Notes under the pieces: model-generated
Seen by the model: the letters and a program-made list of their open reading frames with translations, nothing else
Databases searched by the model: none
What the model was told of the DNA's origin: nothing
Made by a program: the position numbers and the translations under genes
Part shown: positions 1 to 9,340 of the stretch, piece after piece
Position numbering within the stretch: position 1 is the first letter of the stretch
Layout: each line of letters opens with the position of its first letter
DNA from: an uncultured Gemmatimonadales bacterium
Lineage (GTDB): Bacteria; Gemmatimonadota; Gemmatimonadetes; Gemmatimonadales; Gemmatimonadaceae
DNA length: 64,000 nt
Assembly (NCBI GenBank): GCA_963851265.1
Contig: CAWKNZ010000002.1
Span: forward strand, 1,088,001 to 1,152,000
Direction of reading: 5' to 3'

Positions 1-656
1 ACCGCCTGATATCGCTCCGGGAACCACTGCTTCGTGCGCATCGGATGCCGAGCCGTCAGCCCTGCGCTCTGAATCACGACCTGGTTCGGCGCGAGGACGC
101 CGCGGGCGCGCTCCGCGTCGGTGAGGTGCAGGTAGGTTCGGCGCGCGATCGGGCCGACGATCCCGACCAACTCGCACATGATGGTCAGGATGTGCCGCGG
201 GGGCGGAACGTCACGATCCTCGGCCGGACGATTGGTCGTGTAGTGTGGAAGGAACAACGACCAGCCGAACAGCTGGACCCACCGGAAATAACGTTCATCC
301 CAATCGACGACGAGCGCGGGATCGGTGTTCCCTCGCCACAGTTCCGGCCGCGTACTGAACACCCACGCTCGTTCGACGCCGCGGCGCCGTAACTCGTGCG
401 TCACGCCCGTCATCAGCAACTCGTCGCCGATCCCGCCCCAAAACGCCAGCGTGAGATCCGGGTCGCCGTAGCGCAGCCGCACCATCAGCGCCTCCGGTCC
501 CGCCGCGGCAGCCTTCAGGCCGCGCTGCGCCCGCGCGAGTGCGGCCGCGAGGCGAGCCCGCCGCGAACGGGTCGGGTGCGCCGCGGCGCTCTCGGGCGGC
601 TGGCGCACGAGCCCCGGGTCGGTCGTAGCGATGTCCAGTCCTGCGGTTTCGAGCAT
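1..656 (-). CDS. Glycosyltransferase family 9 (heptosyltransferase-like), 3' end runs off the window
   Basis: Not in the ORF track because it is truncated. Manual translation from ATG 656 gives MLETAGLD...LAFWGGIGDELLMTGV...MRTKQWFPERYQA, with the GT9 GIGD and K-x-W motifs. Confidence 0.75.
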   Translation of the reverse strand, partial: MLETAGLDIATTDPGLVRQPPESAAAHPTRSRRARLAAALARAQRGLKAAAAGPEALMVRLRYGDPDLTLAFWGGIGDELLMTGVTHELRRRGVERAWVFSTRPELWRGNTDPALVVDWDERYFRWVQLFGWSLFLPHYTTNRPAEDRDVPPPRHILTIMCELVGIVGPIARRTYLHLTDAERARGVLAPNQVVIQSAGLTARHPMRTKQWFPERYQA

Positions 657-808
657 GCAGAGCGGTCGGGGGGCGGAGCGAGCCGCCGTCGCGCGACGGC
701 GCTGAGCGGACACTCACGCGTCTGGCCCCAAGCTATTCCGGCCGGAATGCTCCCGCGAACGGGACGCGGTGCCACGCGTCGGTCCATTCGTGGCTACGTT
801 CCGGGGCG

Positions 809-1906
809 ATGGAACCGTCGCCACCGCCGTACGCGAGCCCGGGAGCCGGATCGGGCGAGACGCCGTCGAGAGCCGCGTCCGTCACGCGGCCGCTCGTGAC
901 CGTGCTGATCACGGCCCATAACCGGCCCGACGAGCTGGGCGAGACGTTGCGCGCGATTCGCGCGCAGAGCTACCCCGCAGTCGAGCTGTTGGTCATCGAC
1001 GACTGTTCGACGGAGAGCCTGGCCCCCGTCGTCCGGTCCGAGGCGCCCGAGGCGGTACTGTGGCGGAACCCCGCGAACCTCGGCCTCGTTGCCAGCCGTT
1101 CCCTCGGCATGACGCGCGCGCGCGGGGAATACATCGTGACGCTCGACGACGATTCGCACCTCGTCGCGCCGGACGCGCTGGAGCAGGCAGTCAGGCGCAT
1201 GGAGCGCGAGCCCCGCGTGGGCGTCGTCACGTTCCTGCTGCACGAAGGGTTGAACGCGCCCGCGGACTGCCCGGCCGGTGACGAGCATTACGCGCACACG
1301 TTCCTGGGCGGCGCGAACATGATGCGCCGGCAAGCCGCCCGCGACGTCGGCGGGTTTCGCGACTTCTTCGAGTACTACTCGGAAGAGTCCGAGTATGCGC
1401 TGCGCTTGATCGACCGCGGGTGGCGGATCCTGCACTTCCCGCGCGTCGTCGTCCATCATCGGGTGTCCCCGATCGGGCGCTCCGCCGCGCGAATTGCCGC
1501 ATACAGCGCGCGGAACTCGATCTGGACCGTGCTGCTGAACATGCCGGCCCACGTGGCGCTCGTCGAGGCGCCGTGGAAGTTCATGGTCGGGTTCGCAGAG
1601 ATCGCGCGGCGCGGGCAGCCGCGATGGGCCGCGTGGGCACTCGCGTCGACCGTGCGCGGCCTTCCGCGCGTGCTGCGGGCTCGGACGCCGATCTCGCCCG
1701 CCGCCGTCCGCACGCTCCGGACTCTCCGCTTTCGCGACGTACGCACGGCCGAGTTGCTCGACGACGCACGTCCGCCGAGTGCGCGTGAGCGTTGGCGGTG
1801 GTTCACCACCGTCTGGCTGCGACGGCGCCGCCCGCGTGCGTTCTGGGACCGTCGCGAGGGGCACCTCGGCGCGTCCGCGTGGATGACCAGGCCGTCTCGC
1901 GACTGA
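809..1906 (+). CDS. Glycosyltransferase family 2
   Basis: VTVLITAHNR, LVIDDCS, NLG...RSLG, LDDD (DxD), FFEYYSEE motifs. Confidence 0.92.
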   Translation: MEPSPPPYASPGAGSGETPSRAASVTRPLVTVLITAHNRPDELGETLRAIRAQSYPAVELLVIDDCSTESLAPVVRSEAPEAVLWRNPANLGLVASRSLGMTRARGEYIVTLDDDSHLVAPDALEQAVRRMEREPRVGVVTFLLHEGLNAPADCPAGDEHYAHTFLGGANMMRRQAARDVGGFRDFFEYYSEESEYALRLIDRGWRILHFPRVVVHHRVSPIGRSAARIAAYSARNSIWTVLLNMPAHVALVEAPWKFMVGFAEIARRGQPRWAAWALASTVRGLPRVLRARTPISPAAVRTLRTLRFRDVRTAELLDDARPPSARERWRWFTTVWLRRRRPRAFWDRREGHLGASAWMTRPSRD

Positions 1907-1936
1907 GCTGGTCGGCGTTCCGATAGATTCGAAGCC

Positions 1937-3374
1937 GTGGCCACCGTCGAGCGTCCTCCGATCCGTCGGCTCGGTAGCTCGCCTGCGTTCGGGGTGCAGC
2001 TAGGGCTCGCCGCGCTCGTCGGCGGCACGCTGGTCGCCGCCGGTGGCGCGCACCTCGGGATCGAGATCGCGGTGTGTCTGCTGCTCGGCGTCGTGACCGC
2101 GGCGCCGGTCGTGCTCCGTGTGTGGGCCGGCGAGTTCGACCTGTTCGAGCCCGCCGTGATCGTCGCGACCGTGTACTTCGTGTACTTCGTGTTCGCGCCG
2201 CTCGCCCGGTTCGCCACCGACGACCTCACGTTCATCGGGCGAAACTTCGAGCCCGACTACCTGCGCGCGCTCGTCGCCGCGCTCGTCGCGGCGCTCGCGC
2301 TCTGGCTCGGCTACGCCGTGCCGGTCGGGCCGGAGCCGGCCCCGGCAGACGCCCGTCCGCCCGTCACGTCCGCCGCGGCGCTCCGCCGAGGGCGCCAGCT
2401 CGGCTGGATGCTCCTCGTCGCCGCCGTATTCTGCCTCGTGGTCTGGGCGCGGCTCGCGGGTCGTTCGCTGCTGACGTTCTTCCTGCCGGGCGTCTTCCAT
2501 GCGGCGGACGAAGGCGGCGGGACGGACATCGCGTACCTGTTCCTCGCGATCGAATGGTTCATCCCGGCGCTCGTGTTGATCATGGCCGGCGGCGGCCTGC
2601 AACGGACCAGTCGTCGCGTCGCGGCGGTCCTGGTCGTCACCGTCGTCTACGTCTCGATCGGCTTCCGCTACCGTATCGCCCTGCTGTGGCTCGCCACGGC
2701 GATGCTGACGTACATCCAGCGCGGCCAGCGGCCTCGAGTACTCCGGCTCGTCGTGCCCGGGGCGGTCGCGTTCGTCGCCTCCGGATGGCTGACGGGTGCG
2801 CGCCTGTACTTCCGGACGGCGGGGGCGCTCGGGACGCTTCGGTTCGACTTACGCGGTGCCGTGCTCGGCGGGCTCTCGGACACGCGAATTTTCGAGACGT
2901 TCGCGGCGGTGCTCAGCACCATCCCGCGGTACATCTCGTACAGCGGACCGACGCCGTTCACCTACGTGCTCCTGCTCCCGATCCCCCGATTCATCTGGTC
3001 GGAGAAGCCGTTACCGACCTCGCTGGCTGACGTCGCCGCGAGTGTCGGCACGGCCGAAGCGCCGGGCGGCGGCCTGTTCGTGCCACACTTCGGCGAGTAC
3101 TACCTCGCGTTTGGCTGGCCCGGCATCGCGGTCGGCGCCTTCCTGTTCGGGATGGGCGCGAAGTGGCTCTGGCGGTGGTACCGCGCTGCACCGCAGGACC
3201 CGTGGCGGCAGACCCTGTTCGTGCTCAACAACGCGCTTGTTGTTCCAGGCGATCATCCGCGGGTACACACCGCAGATCGTGATGGAATGGTGCTTTCTCG
3301 TCCTACCGGCGATCGTGATGACGCGCTCCGCGCGACGCAGATCGGCGACCCCCGCGCCGTTCGTGCATGCGTAA
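1937..3374 (+). CDS. wzy: Wzy-like polysaccharide polymerase, apparent +1 frameshift near 3237
   Basis: Multi-TM protein with PIPRFIWSEKP and GEYYLAFGWPGI motifs. The natural hydrophobic C-terminus (LLFQAIIRGYTPQIVMEWCFLVLPAIV) is in another frame ending at TAA 3374, overlapping the next ATG. As written the ORF runs to 3433. Confidence 0.7.
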
Positions 3375-4524
3375 GGTGCTCGTCGTCAGCAACATCCCGA
3401 CGCCGAACAACGACGCCCTGTTCGCGCGCGTGACGTGTCAGCCCGGGGTCGAGTTGCGCGTCGTGTACGCTGCGCTCGTCGAGCCCAATCGGAAGTGGCA
3501 CCTCGCGGCCGACAAGGCCTACGCGTATGACGTGCTCCCGGGGTGGACCGTAGCGGGAACGGCTCACGTCAACCCTGGCGTGCTGCGCGCGGTTCGGGCG
3601 TTTCGGCCGGACGTGGCCGTGCTCACCGGATGGTACGGCATGCCCACGGTGCAGCTGGCCGCCGCGGCCCTGCGGACGCGTCGTACGCCCTGGGTCTACT
3701 GGGGTGAGGAGCTCGCCCACGACACCGCGTCTGCGACCGTGCGGTTCGGGCGCGCGGGCCTTCGCCGGATCCTGTCGCGCGCGCGCGGTGTGCTCGCGGT
3801 CGGATCGCGGGCGTGCGCGTCGTACGTACGTGCGGGGGTCGCCAGCGAACGTGTCGCGGACTTCCGGTATTACGCCGACACGGACCGGTTCGCGCTTCCC
3901 GATCACGCGCGGCACGAGGCGCGCGCCGCGGTCCGGACGGCGCTCGGCATCGCGCCAGACGACTTTGCGGTGCTGTACTGCGGACAGCTCATCCCGCGGA
4001 AGGGGGTCGACACGCTGCTGCGTGCCGTGGCGCGTCTCTCCGATGGGCCGGCTCCGACGTCGGTCCTGCTGGCGGGCGAAGGCCCGGAGCGGCCGACCTT
4101 GGAGGCACTGTCGATCGAGCTCGGGATTCGCGACCGCGTGCACTTCGTCGGCTTCCGCCAACCGTACGCGCTGCCAGAGGTGTTCGCCGCCGGTGACGTG
4201 CTCGTGCTGCCATCGCACGCCGAAGGCTGGGGGCTCGTCGTTTCGGAGGCGCTGGCTGCCGGACTGCCCGTATTCGCATCCGATCGCGTGAACGCCGCGG
4301 TCGACCTCGTGCGCGACGGCGAGAACGGAGGCCTGTTCCCCGCCGGCGACCACGTGCGACTGGCGGAGTTGCTCGACGTCGTCGCACAGGATCCGGTCCG
4401 GCGTCGGGCGATGGCGGACGCGACGCGCCCCGCGGTCCGGTGCGAGACGCCCGCGTTCGCGGCACGGCGCCTCATCTCGTTGCTCGAAGCTGCAGCCGCG
4501 TGCGAGCCCTTGCGCGGCCTGTGA
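3367..4524 (+). CDS. Glycosyltransferase family 4
   Basis: GQLIPRKG, LVLPSHAEGWGLVVSEALAAGLPV (EX7E). Confidence 0.93.
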   Translation: MRKVLVVSNIPTPNNDALFARVTCQPGVELRVVYAALVEPNRKWHLAADKAYAYDVLPGWTVAGTAHVNPGVLRAVRAFRPDVAVLTGWYGMPTVQLAAAALRTRRTPWVYWGEELAHDTASATVRFGRAGLRRILSRARGVLAVGSRACASYVRAGVASERVADFRYYADTDRFALPDHARHEARAAVRTALGIAPDDFAVLYCGQLIPRKGVDTLLRAVARLSDGPAPTSVLLAGEGPERPTLEALSIELGIRDRVHFVGFRQPYALPEVFAAGDVLVLPSHAEGWGLVVSEALAAGLPVFASDRVNAAVDLVRDGENGGLFPAGDHVRLAELLDVVAQDPVRRRAMADATRPAVRCETPAFAARRLISLLEAAAACEPLRGL

Positions 4525-4713
4525 CACGACGCGCGCCGGCACGCGGGTGACGCGTTCTTGCGCGCGCTGTCATGCGCCTTTTGGGCGCACTATCTTGCGA
4601 CGTTCGGACGCGGGCGGTCCGGCTCGCCTTCGCGCGCCGCGGCGTGGAATCGCCGCCGCCCGCTGCCCGCCCGCACAGGACGTTTGGTGGCCCACGTTCG
4701 AGACGCCGTCGAC

Positions 4714-6054
4714 ATGCACGCGCAGAAGACGGAGCGCTCGGACGCGGCGCTCGCGCCGGGCACCCGCCTGTGCTTTGTCGCTGACGGCCGAAGCCCTATC
4801 GCACGCAACTGGATCGCCGACTACGGCGCGCGTGGCTTCGAGGTTCACCTGATCTCGACCTATCCTTGCGACGGTGCCGGGCTCGGCCTGGCGAGCGTCA
4901 CCGTCATCCCGGCCGCGTTCGGTCGCCTCGCCGGGTCCGGAGCGAGCGTCTCGACCGCCTCGGGGCCTGGCACCGCGCCGCACGGCGCGCCGACCGTGTG
5001 GCGTGCAGTCCGTCGCGTCCGGGCGGCCGCGACGAGCGCGCTCCTCCCCGCCGTCCTCGGCTGGCTCGCGCCGTTCGACCTCGCTCCGCACGCGCGCAGG
5101 CTGCGCGACGTCATCCACCGCATCGATCCGGCGCTCGTCCACGCGATGCGTGTGCCGTACGAGGGCGTTCTCGCCGCGCTCGCGCTCGAACATTCCGACC
5201 GGCCGCTGGTGGTGTCGATCTGGGGGAACGATCTCGAGCTGTGGGCGGCGCGCTACCCGCTCGTCGCGCGTCTCACGCGCCGCGCGCTGCGGCGCGCCAC
5301 GGCGCTACACCCGGACTGCGTGCGCGACCTGCGACTTGCCGCGGCGTGGGGGTGGGACCCTGCCCGACCCGCGTCGGTCATCCCCGGCAATGGCGGCATC
5401 CGTGAGGACGTCTTCCACACCGGACCGGCCGACGCCGCGCTTCTCGCGCGCTACGACCTGCCGAGCGCGGTGCCGCTCGTGCTCAACGCGCGCGGGTTTC
5501 GCGGATACGTCCGAAACGACACGTTCTTCCGCGCGATTCCGCTCGTGCTCGAGCGCCGCCCCGACACACTGTTCGCCGGTGTCGGCATGCGCGGTCATCC
5601 CGCCGCGCTTCGCTGGACGCGCAGCCTCGGGATCGAGCGCGCGGTGCGCCTGCTCCCGCCGGTCCCGCCCGCGGACATGGCGGCGCTCTTCCGGTCGGCG
5701 ACTGCCGCGGTGTCGCCGGCCACGTTCGACGGGACGCCCAACACGCTGCTCGAGGCGATGGCGTGCGGCGCGTTGCCGGTGGCGGGCGACATCGCGTCCG
5801 TGCGCGAGTGGATCGACGACGGGCGCAACGGACTGCTGTTCGATCCGGCGAGCCCGCGCGCGCTCGCCGACGCGCTCGTGCGCGCGCTCACCGATGCGCC
5901 GCTGCGCGCGGCCGCCGCGGCGACCAACGCAGCCCTCGTGGCCGAGCGGGCCGATTTCCGAGCCGGGATGCGTCGCGCCGACGCGCTGTACGCGGCGGCG
6001 CTCGGGGACGCGGGTCGATCGCCCGTCGCCGCCCGCGCGCCCGCGGCGGCCTGA
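4714..6054 (+). CDS. Glycosyltransferase family 4 (start uncertain)
   Basis: ARGFRGYVRND, SPATFDGTPNTLLEAMACG, NGLLFDP; ATG 4714 preferred over TTG 4558. Confidence 0.88.
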   Translation: MHAQKTERSDAALAPGTRLCFVADGRSPIARNWIADYGARGFEVHLISTYPCDGAGLGLASVTVIPAAFGRLAGSGASVSTASGPGTAPHGAPTVWRAVRRVRAAATSALLPAVLGWLAPFDLAPHARRLRDVIHRIDPALVHAMRVPYEGVLAALALEHSDRPLVVSIWGNDLELWAARYPLVARLTRRALRRATALHPDCVRDLRLAAAWGWDPARPASVIPGNGGIREDVFHTGPADAALLARYDLPSAVPLVLNARGFRGYVRNDTFFRAIPLVLERRPDTLFAGVGMRGHPAALRWTRSLGIERAVRLLPPVPPADMAALFRSATAAVSPATFDGTPNTLLEAMACGALPVAGDIASVREWIDDGRNGLLFDPASPRALADALVRALTDAPLRAAAAATNAALVAERADFRAGMRRADALYAAALGDAGRSPVAARAPAAA

Positions 6055-6065
6055 CGGAGCGCGCG

Positions 6066-8087
6066 ATGTGTGGCCTCGCCGGGTTTGCCGGCTCGTTCGA
6101 CTCGACGCTGCTCGCGGCGATGAACGCGTGCGTCGCCCACCGCGGTCCGGACGGCGGCGGCGATTTGGTGCTGCGTGCCGGTGCCGGACGTGGACGGGTC
6201 GGGCTCGCGCACCGGCGGCTGTCGATCATCGACCTCTCGGCGGCCGGCGCGCAGCCGATGGGGGTCGCGTGCGCGCGCTGTGGCGTGCGCCACGACGCGC
6301 CTGCCGACGACGCGCTCTGGCTCGCGTACAACGGCGAGATCTACAACTTCCCGGCGCTCCGCTCCGAGTTGGAAGCGGCCGGACACCAATTCCGCAGCCG
6401 GACGGATTCGGAGGTGCTCCTGCACCTGTACGCCGAGTGCGGACCGGCCATGCTCGAACGGCTGAACGGCATCTTCGCGTTCGCGCTCTACGACGGACGG
6501 CCGACGGGGCGCCCCGACGGCGTCGCGCGTGGAGATGTGGTGCTCGCGCGTGACGGGCTCGGGACGAAGCCGCTCTACTACGCGAGCATTGCGGACGGCG
6601 TGTTGTTCGGCTCCGAATTGAAGTCGCTGCTGCAGAGCCCGGCCGTCTCCCGCGACGTGGACGCCGCGGCGATCCACTTCCACCTCGCGTACCTCTGGTC
6701 GCCCGCGCCGCATACGGTCTTGCGCGACGTCCGCAAGCTGCGACCGGGGCACGCGCTCGCGCTGCGGGACGGCGCGGTCGTACGCGAGTGGTGCCACTAC
6801 GACCTGCCGTATGGCCGCACGCCGCTCGGCGGCTCGCGAGACGAGATCGCCGCCGAACTTGCGGCGCAGATCGAGGCGGCGGTGAACCGGCAGATGGTGG
6901 CCGACGTGCCGGTCGGGGCGTTCCTGTCGGGCGGGCTCGACTCGAGCGCCGTGGTCGCCATGATGCGCCGCGCGCGCCCGGACTACCGGCCGCGCTGCTA
7001 CACCATCGGTTTCGCCGACGACCGCGACGTCGAGGGCAACCCCGCGGACCTGCCCTACGCCCGGCGCGTCGCGGCGCACCTCGACGTCGACCTCCGGGTG
7101 CTCGAGATCGCCCCCGACGCGATCGGCCACCTCGGCCGCATGCTCTACCACCTCGATGAGCCGCAGGCCGATCCCGCGCCGATCAACGCGTTGCTGATCG
7201 CCGAGGCGGCGCGCGAGGACGGGACGAAGGTCCTGCTGTCGGGCGCCGGCGGCGACGATCTGCTGAGCGGGTACCGGCGGCACCGCGCGTTGGGCGCCGA
7301 ACGCGCGTGGCGCTGGCTGCCGCGTCCTGTCCGCCGCGGGATGGCCGCCGGCGCGCGCGCGGCGAGTGAAGGGCGGGGCGCCGTCGCGGTGATGGACCGT
7401 CCGCTGGCCCGCCGCGTGGCGAAGATGTTCGCGCACGCCGACCTCGCGCCCGACGCCCGGCTCGCGAGCTACTTCTGGTGGAGCGGGGAAGCCGTGCGGC
7501 GCTCGCTCTACACGCCCGCGTTCGCCGAGGCGACGCGCGCGCTCGACACGGCCGGACCTCTTCTCGATTCGCTGGCCCGCATCCCCGCCGAACGCGACCC
7601 CCTCAACCGGATGCTGTACCTGGAAGGCAAGCACTTCCTGGCCGACCACAACCTGAACTACACGGACAAGACGGGCATGGCGGCGGGCGTCGAGGTGCGG
7701 GTCCCGCTCCTCGACCGCGAGCTGGTCGACTTCGCGACGCGGATCCCGACGCGCATGAAGCAGCGGGGCGCCGTGGGTAAGGCGATCTTCAAGCGAGCGA
7801 TGGAGCCGTATCTACCGCACGACGTGATCTACCGGCCCAAGAGCGGATTCGGCGCGCCCCTCCGCCGCTGGATCCACGGCGAGCTGCGCGATCAGGTGCA
7901 GGATGCGCTGAGTCCGGCCGCGCTCGTTCGCCGCGGGTGGTTCGAACCTGCGGCCGTCGCGCGTCTCATCGAAGCGGACCGCCGCGGCGCGGTCGACGGC
8001 GCATACACCATCTTCGCGCTCGTGTGTCTCGAACTGTGGTGCCGCATGTTCATCGACGTGCCGGCGCCGTCGCGCGCGCGCGCGTGA
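6066..8087 (+). CDS. asnB: Asparagine synthase (glutamine-hydrolysing) family amidotransferase, polysaccharide-associated
   Basis: MCGLAG Ntn start, HRGPD, HRRLSIID, YNGEIYN, FLSGGLDSS, LSGAGGDD, EVRVPLLD. Confidence 0.95.
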   Translation: MCGLAGFAGSFDSTLLAAMNACVAHRGPDGGGDLVLRAGAGRGRVGLAHRRLSIIDLSAAGAQPMGVACARCGVRHDAPADDALWLAYNGEIYNFPALRSELEAAGHQFRSRTDSEVLLHLYAECGPAMLERLNGIFAFALYDGRPTGRPDGVARGDVVLARDGLGTKPLYYASIADGVLFGSELKSLLQSPAVSRDVDAAAIHFHLAYLWSPAPHTVLRDVRKLRPGHALALRDGAVVREWCHYDLPYGRTPLGGSRDEIAAELAAQIEAAVNRQMVADVPVGAFLSGGLDSSAVVAMMRRARPDYRPRCYTIGFADDRDVEGNPADLPYARRVAAHLDVDLRVLEIAPDAIGHLGRMLYHLDEPQADPAPINALLIAEAAREDGTKVLLSGAGGDDLLSGYRRHRALGAERAWRWLPRPVRRGMAAGARAASEGRGAVAVMDRPLARRVAKMFAHADLAPDARLASYFWWSGEAVRRSLYTPAFAEATRALDTAGPLLDSLARIPAERDPLNRMLYLEGKHFLADHNLNYTDKTGMAAGVEVRVPLLDRELVDFATRIPTRMKQRGAVGKAIFKRAMEPYLPHDVIYRPKSGFGAPLRRWIHGELRDQVQDALSPAALVRRGWFEPAAVARLIEADRRGAVDGAYTIFALVCLELWCRMFIDVPAPSRARA

Positions 8088-9340
8088 CCGCCGGCGTGAC
8101 ACGCGGCACGCCGGCGACCGATCGCGGTCCGACGCTGCTCTGGGTGAACCAGTTCGCGGTCACCCCGGCGCAGCAGGGCGGGACGCGGCACTTCGAGTTG
8201 GGCCGCGAACTCGTCCGCCGCGGCTGGGGGGTGACCGTCGCCGCGTGCGACCTCAACCTGCACTCCCGCGAGTACGCGCGGCGAGCCGACGCGCGTGCCA
8301 CGGGCGCCGTCGACGACGTGGTAGACGGCGTGCACTTTCGGTGGCTCTGGGCCGCGCCGTACGCGCGCAACGACTGGCGCCGCGCGCACAACTGGCTGTC
8401 GTTCAGCCGTCGCGTGTGGCGCTGGCGCGGCGCGCGCCCGAACGTCGTGATCGGGTCGTCGCCGCAGCTTTTCGCGGCGCTCGCGTCGGAGCGCCTCGCG
8501 CGGCGCTGGCGGGTGCCGTTCGTCTTCGAGGTGCGCGACCTGTGGCCCGAGAGCCTGCTCGCCGCGGGCGGGCGTCGCGGCCTTTCCTACCGCGTGCTCG
8601 AGCGCATCGCGCGCCACCTCTACGCGCGCGCGGAGCGCATAGTCGTGCTCGCGCGCGGTTCGGCCGACTACCTCGTATCGTTAGGCGTCGATCCGGCGAA
8701 GATCGTCTTCGTGCCCAACGGGGTGGACGTGTCGGCGTTCGCGGCGGTCGACCGGCCGCCGCGCGAGACGCTCACGTTGGTGTACACCGGCGCGCACGGG
8801 CCGGCCAACGGGCTCGACGCGGTGCTCGACGCCGCGGAACTGCTCCGGGACCGGCGCGACGTGCGCTTCCTCCTCGTGGGCGACGGCCCGCTGAAGGGCG
8901 CGCTCGTCGCCGACGCGGCGCGGCGGGCGCTCGGCAATGTCGAGTTCCGCGACCCGGTGCCCAAGTCGGCGATGCCGGCGCTGCTCGCGAGCGTCGACGC
9001 GGGGCTCATGGTACTCCGCGATTCGCCGCTGTTCACGTTCGGCGTCAGCCCCAACAAGCTGTTCGACTACCTCGGCGCGGGACTGCCGGTGGTCTGCAAC
9101 GTCCCCGGCGAGGTCGCGGCGATCGTGCGCGACGCGGGCGCGGGCGAGCAGACCGCGGACGCGAGCGGGGCCGCGCTCGCCGCCGCGGTCGCGCGGCTCG
9201 CCGCCCGGGCGCCCGCGGAACGCGCGGCGCTCGGCGCGGCCGGGCGGGCGTGGGTCGCCCACGAGCACGACCGCCCCGTGCTCGCCGATCGTCTGGACGC
9301 TGTGCTCCGCCCCCTCGCGCGTTCCCGTGCTGCCCGTTAG
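8084..9340 (+). CDS. Glycosyltransferase family 4 (WbuB-like)
   Basis: GTGA overlap with asnB stop; FEVRDLWPES, PNGVD, SPNKLFDYL. Confidence 0.92.
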   Translation: MTAGVTRGTPATDRGPTLLWVNQFAVTPAQQGGTRHFELGRELVRRGWGVTVAACDLNLHSREYARRADARATGAVDDVVDGVHFRWLWAAPYARNDWRRAHNWLSFSRRVWRWRGARPNVVIGSSPQLFAALASERLARRWRVPFVFEVRDLWPESLLAAGGRRGLSYRVLERIARHLYARAERIVVLARGSADYLVSLGVDPAKIVFVPNGVDVSAFAAVDRPPRETLTLVYTGAHGPANGLDAVLDAAELLRDRRDVRFLLVGDGPLKGALVADAARRALGNVEFRDPVPKSAMPALLASVDAGLMVLRDSPLFTFGVSPNKLFDYLGAGLPVVCNVPGEVAAIVRDAGAGEQTADASGAALAAAVARLAARAPAERAALGAAGRAWVAHEHDRPVLADRLDAVLRPLARSRAAR

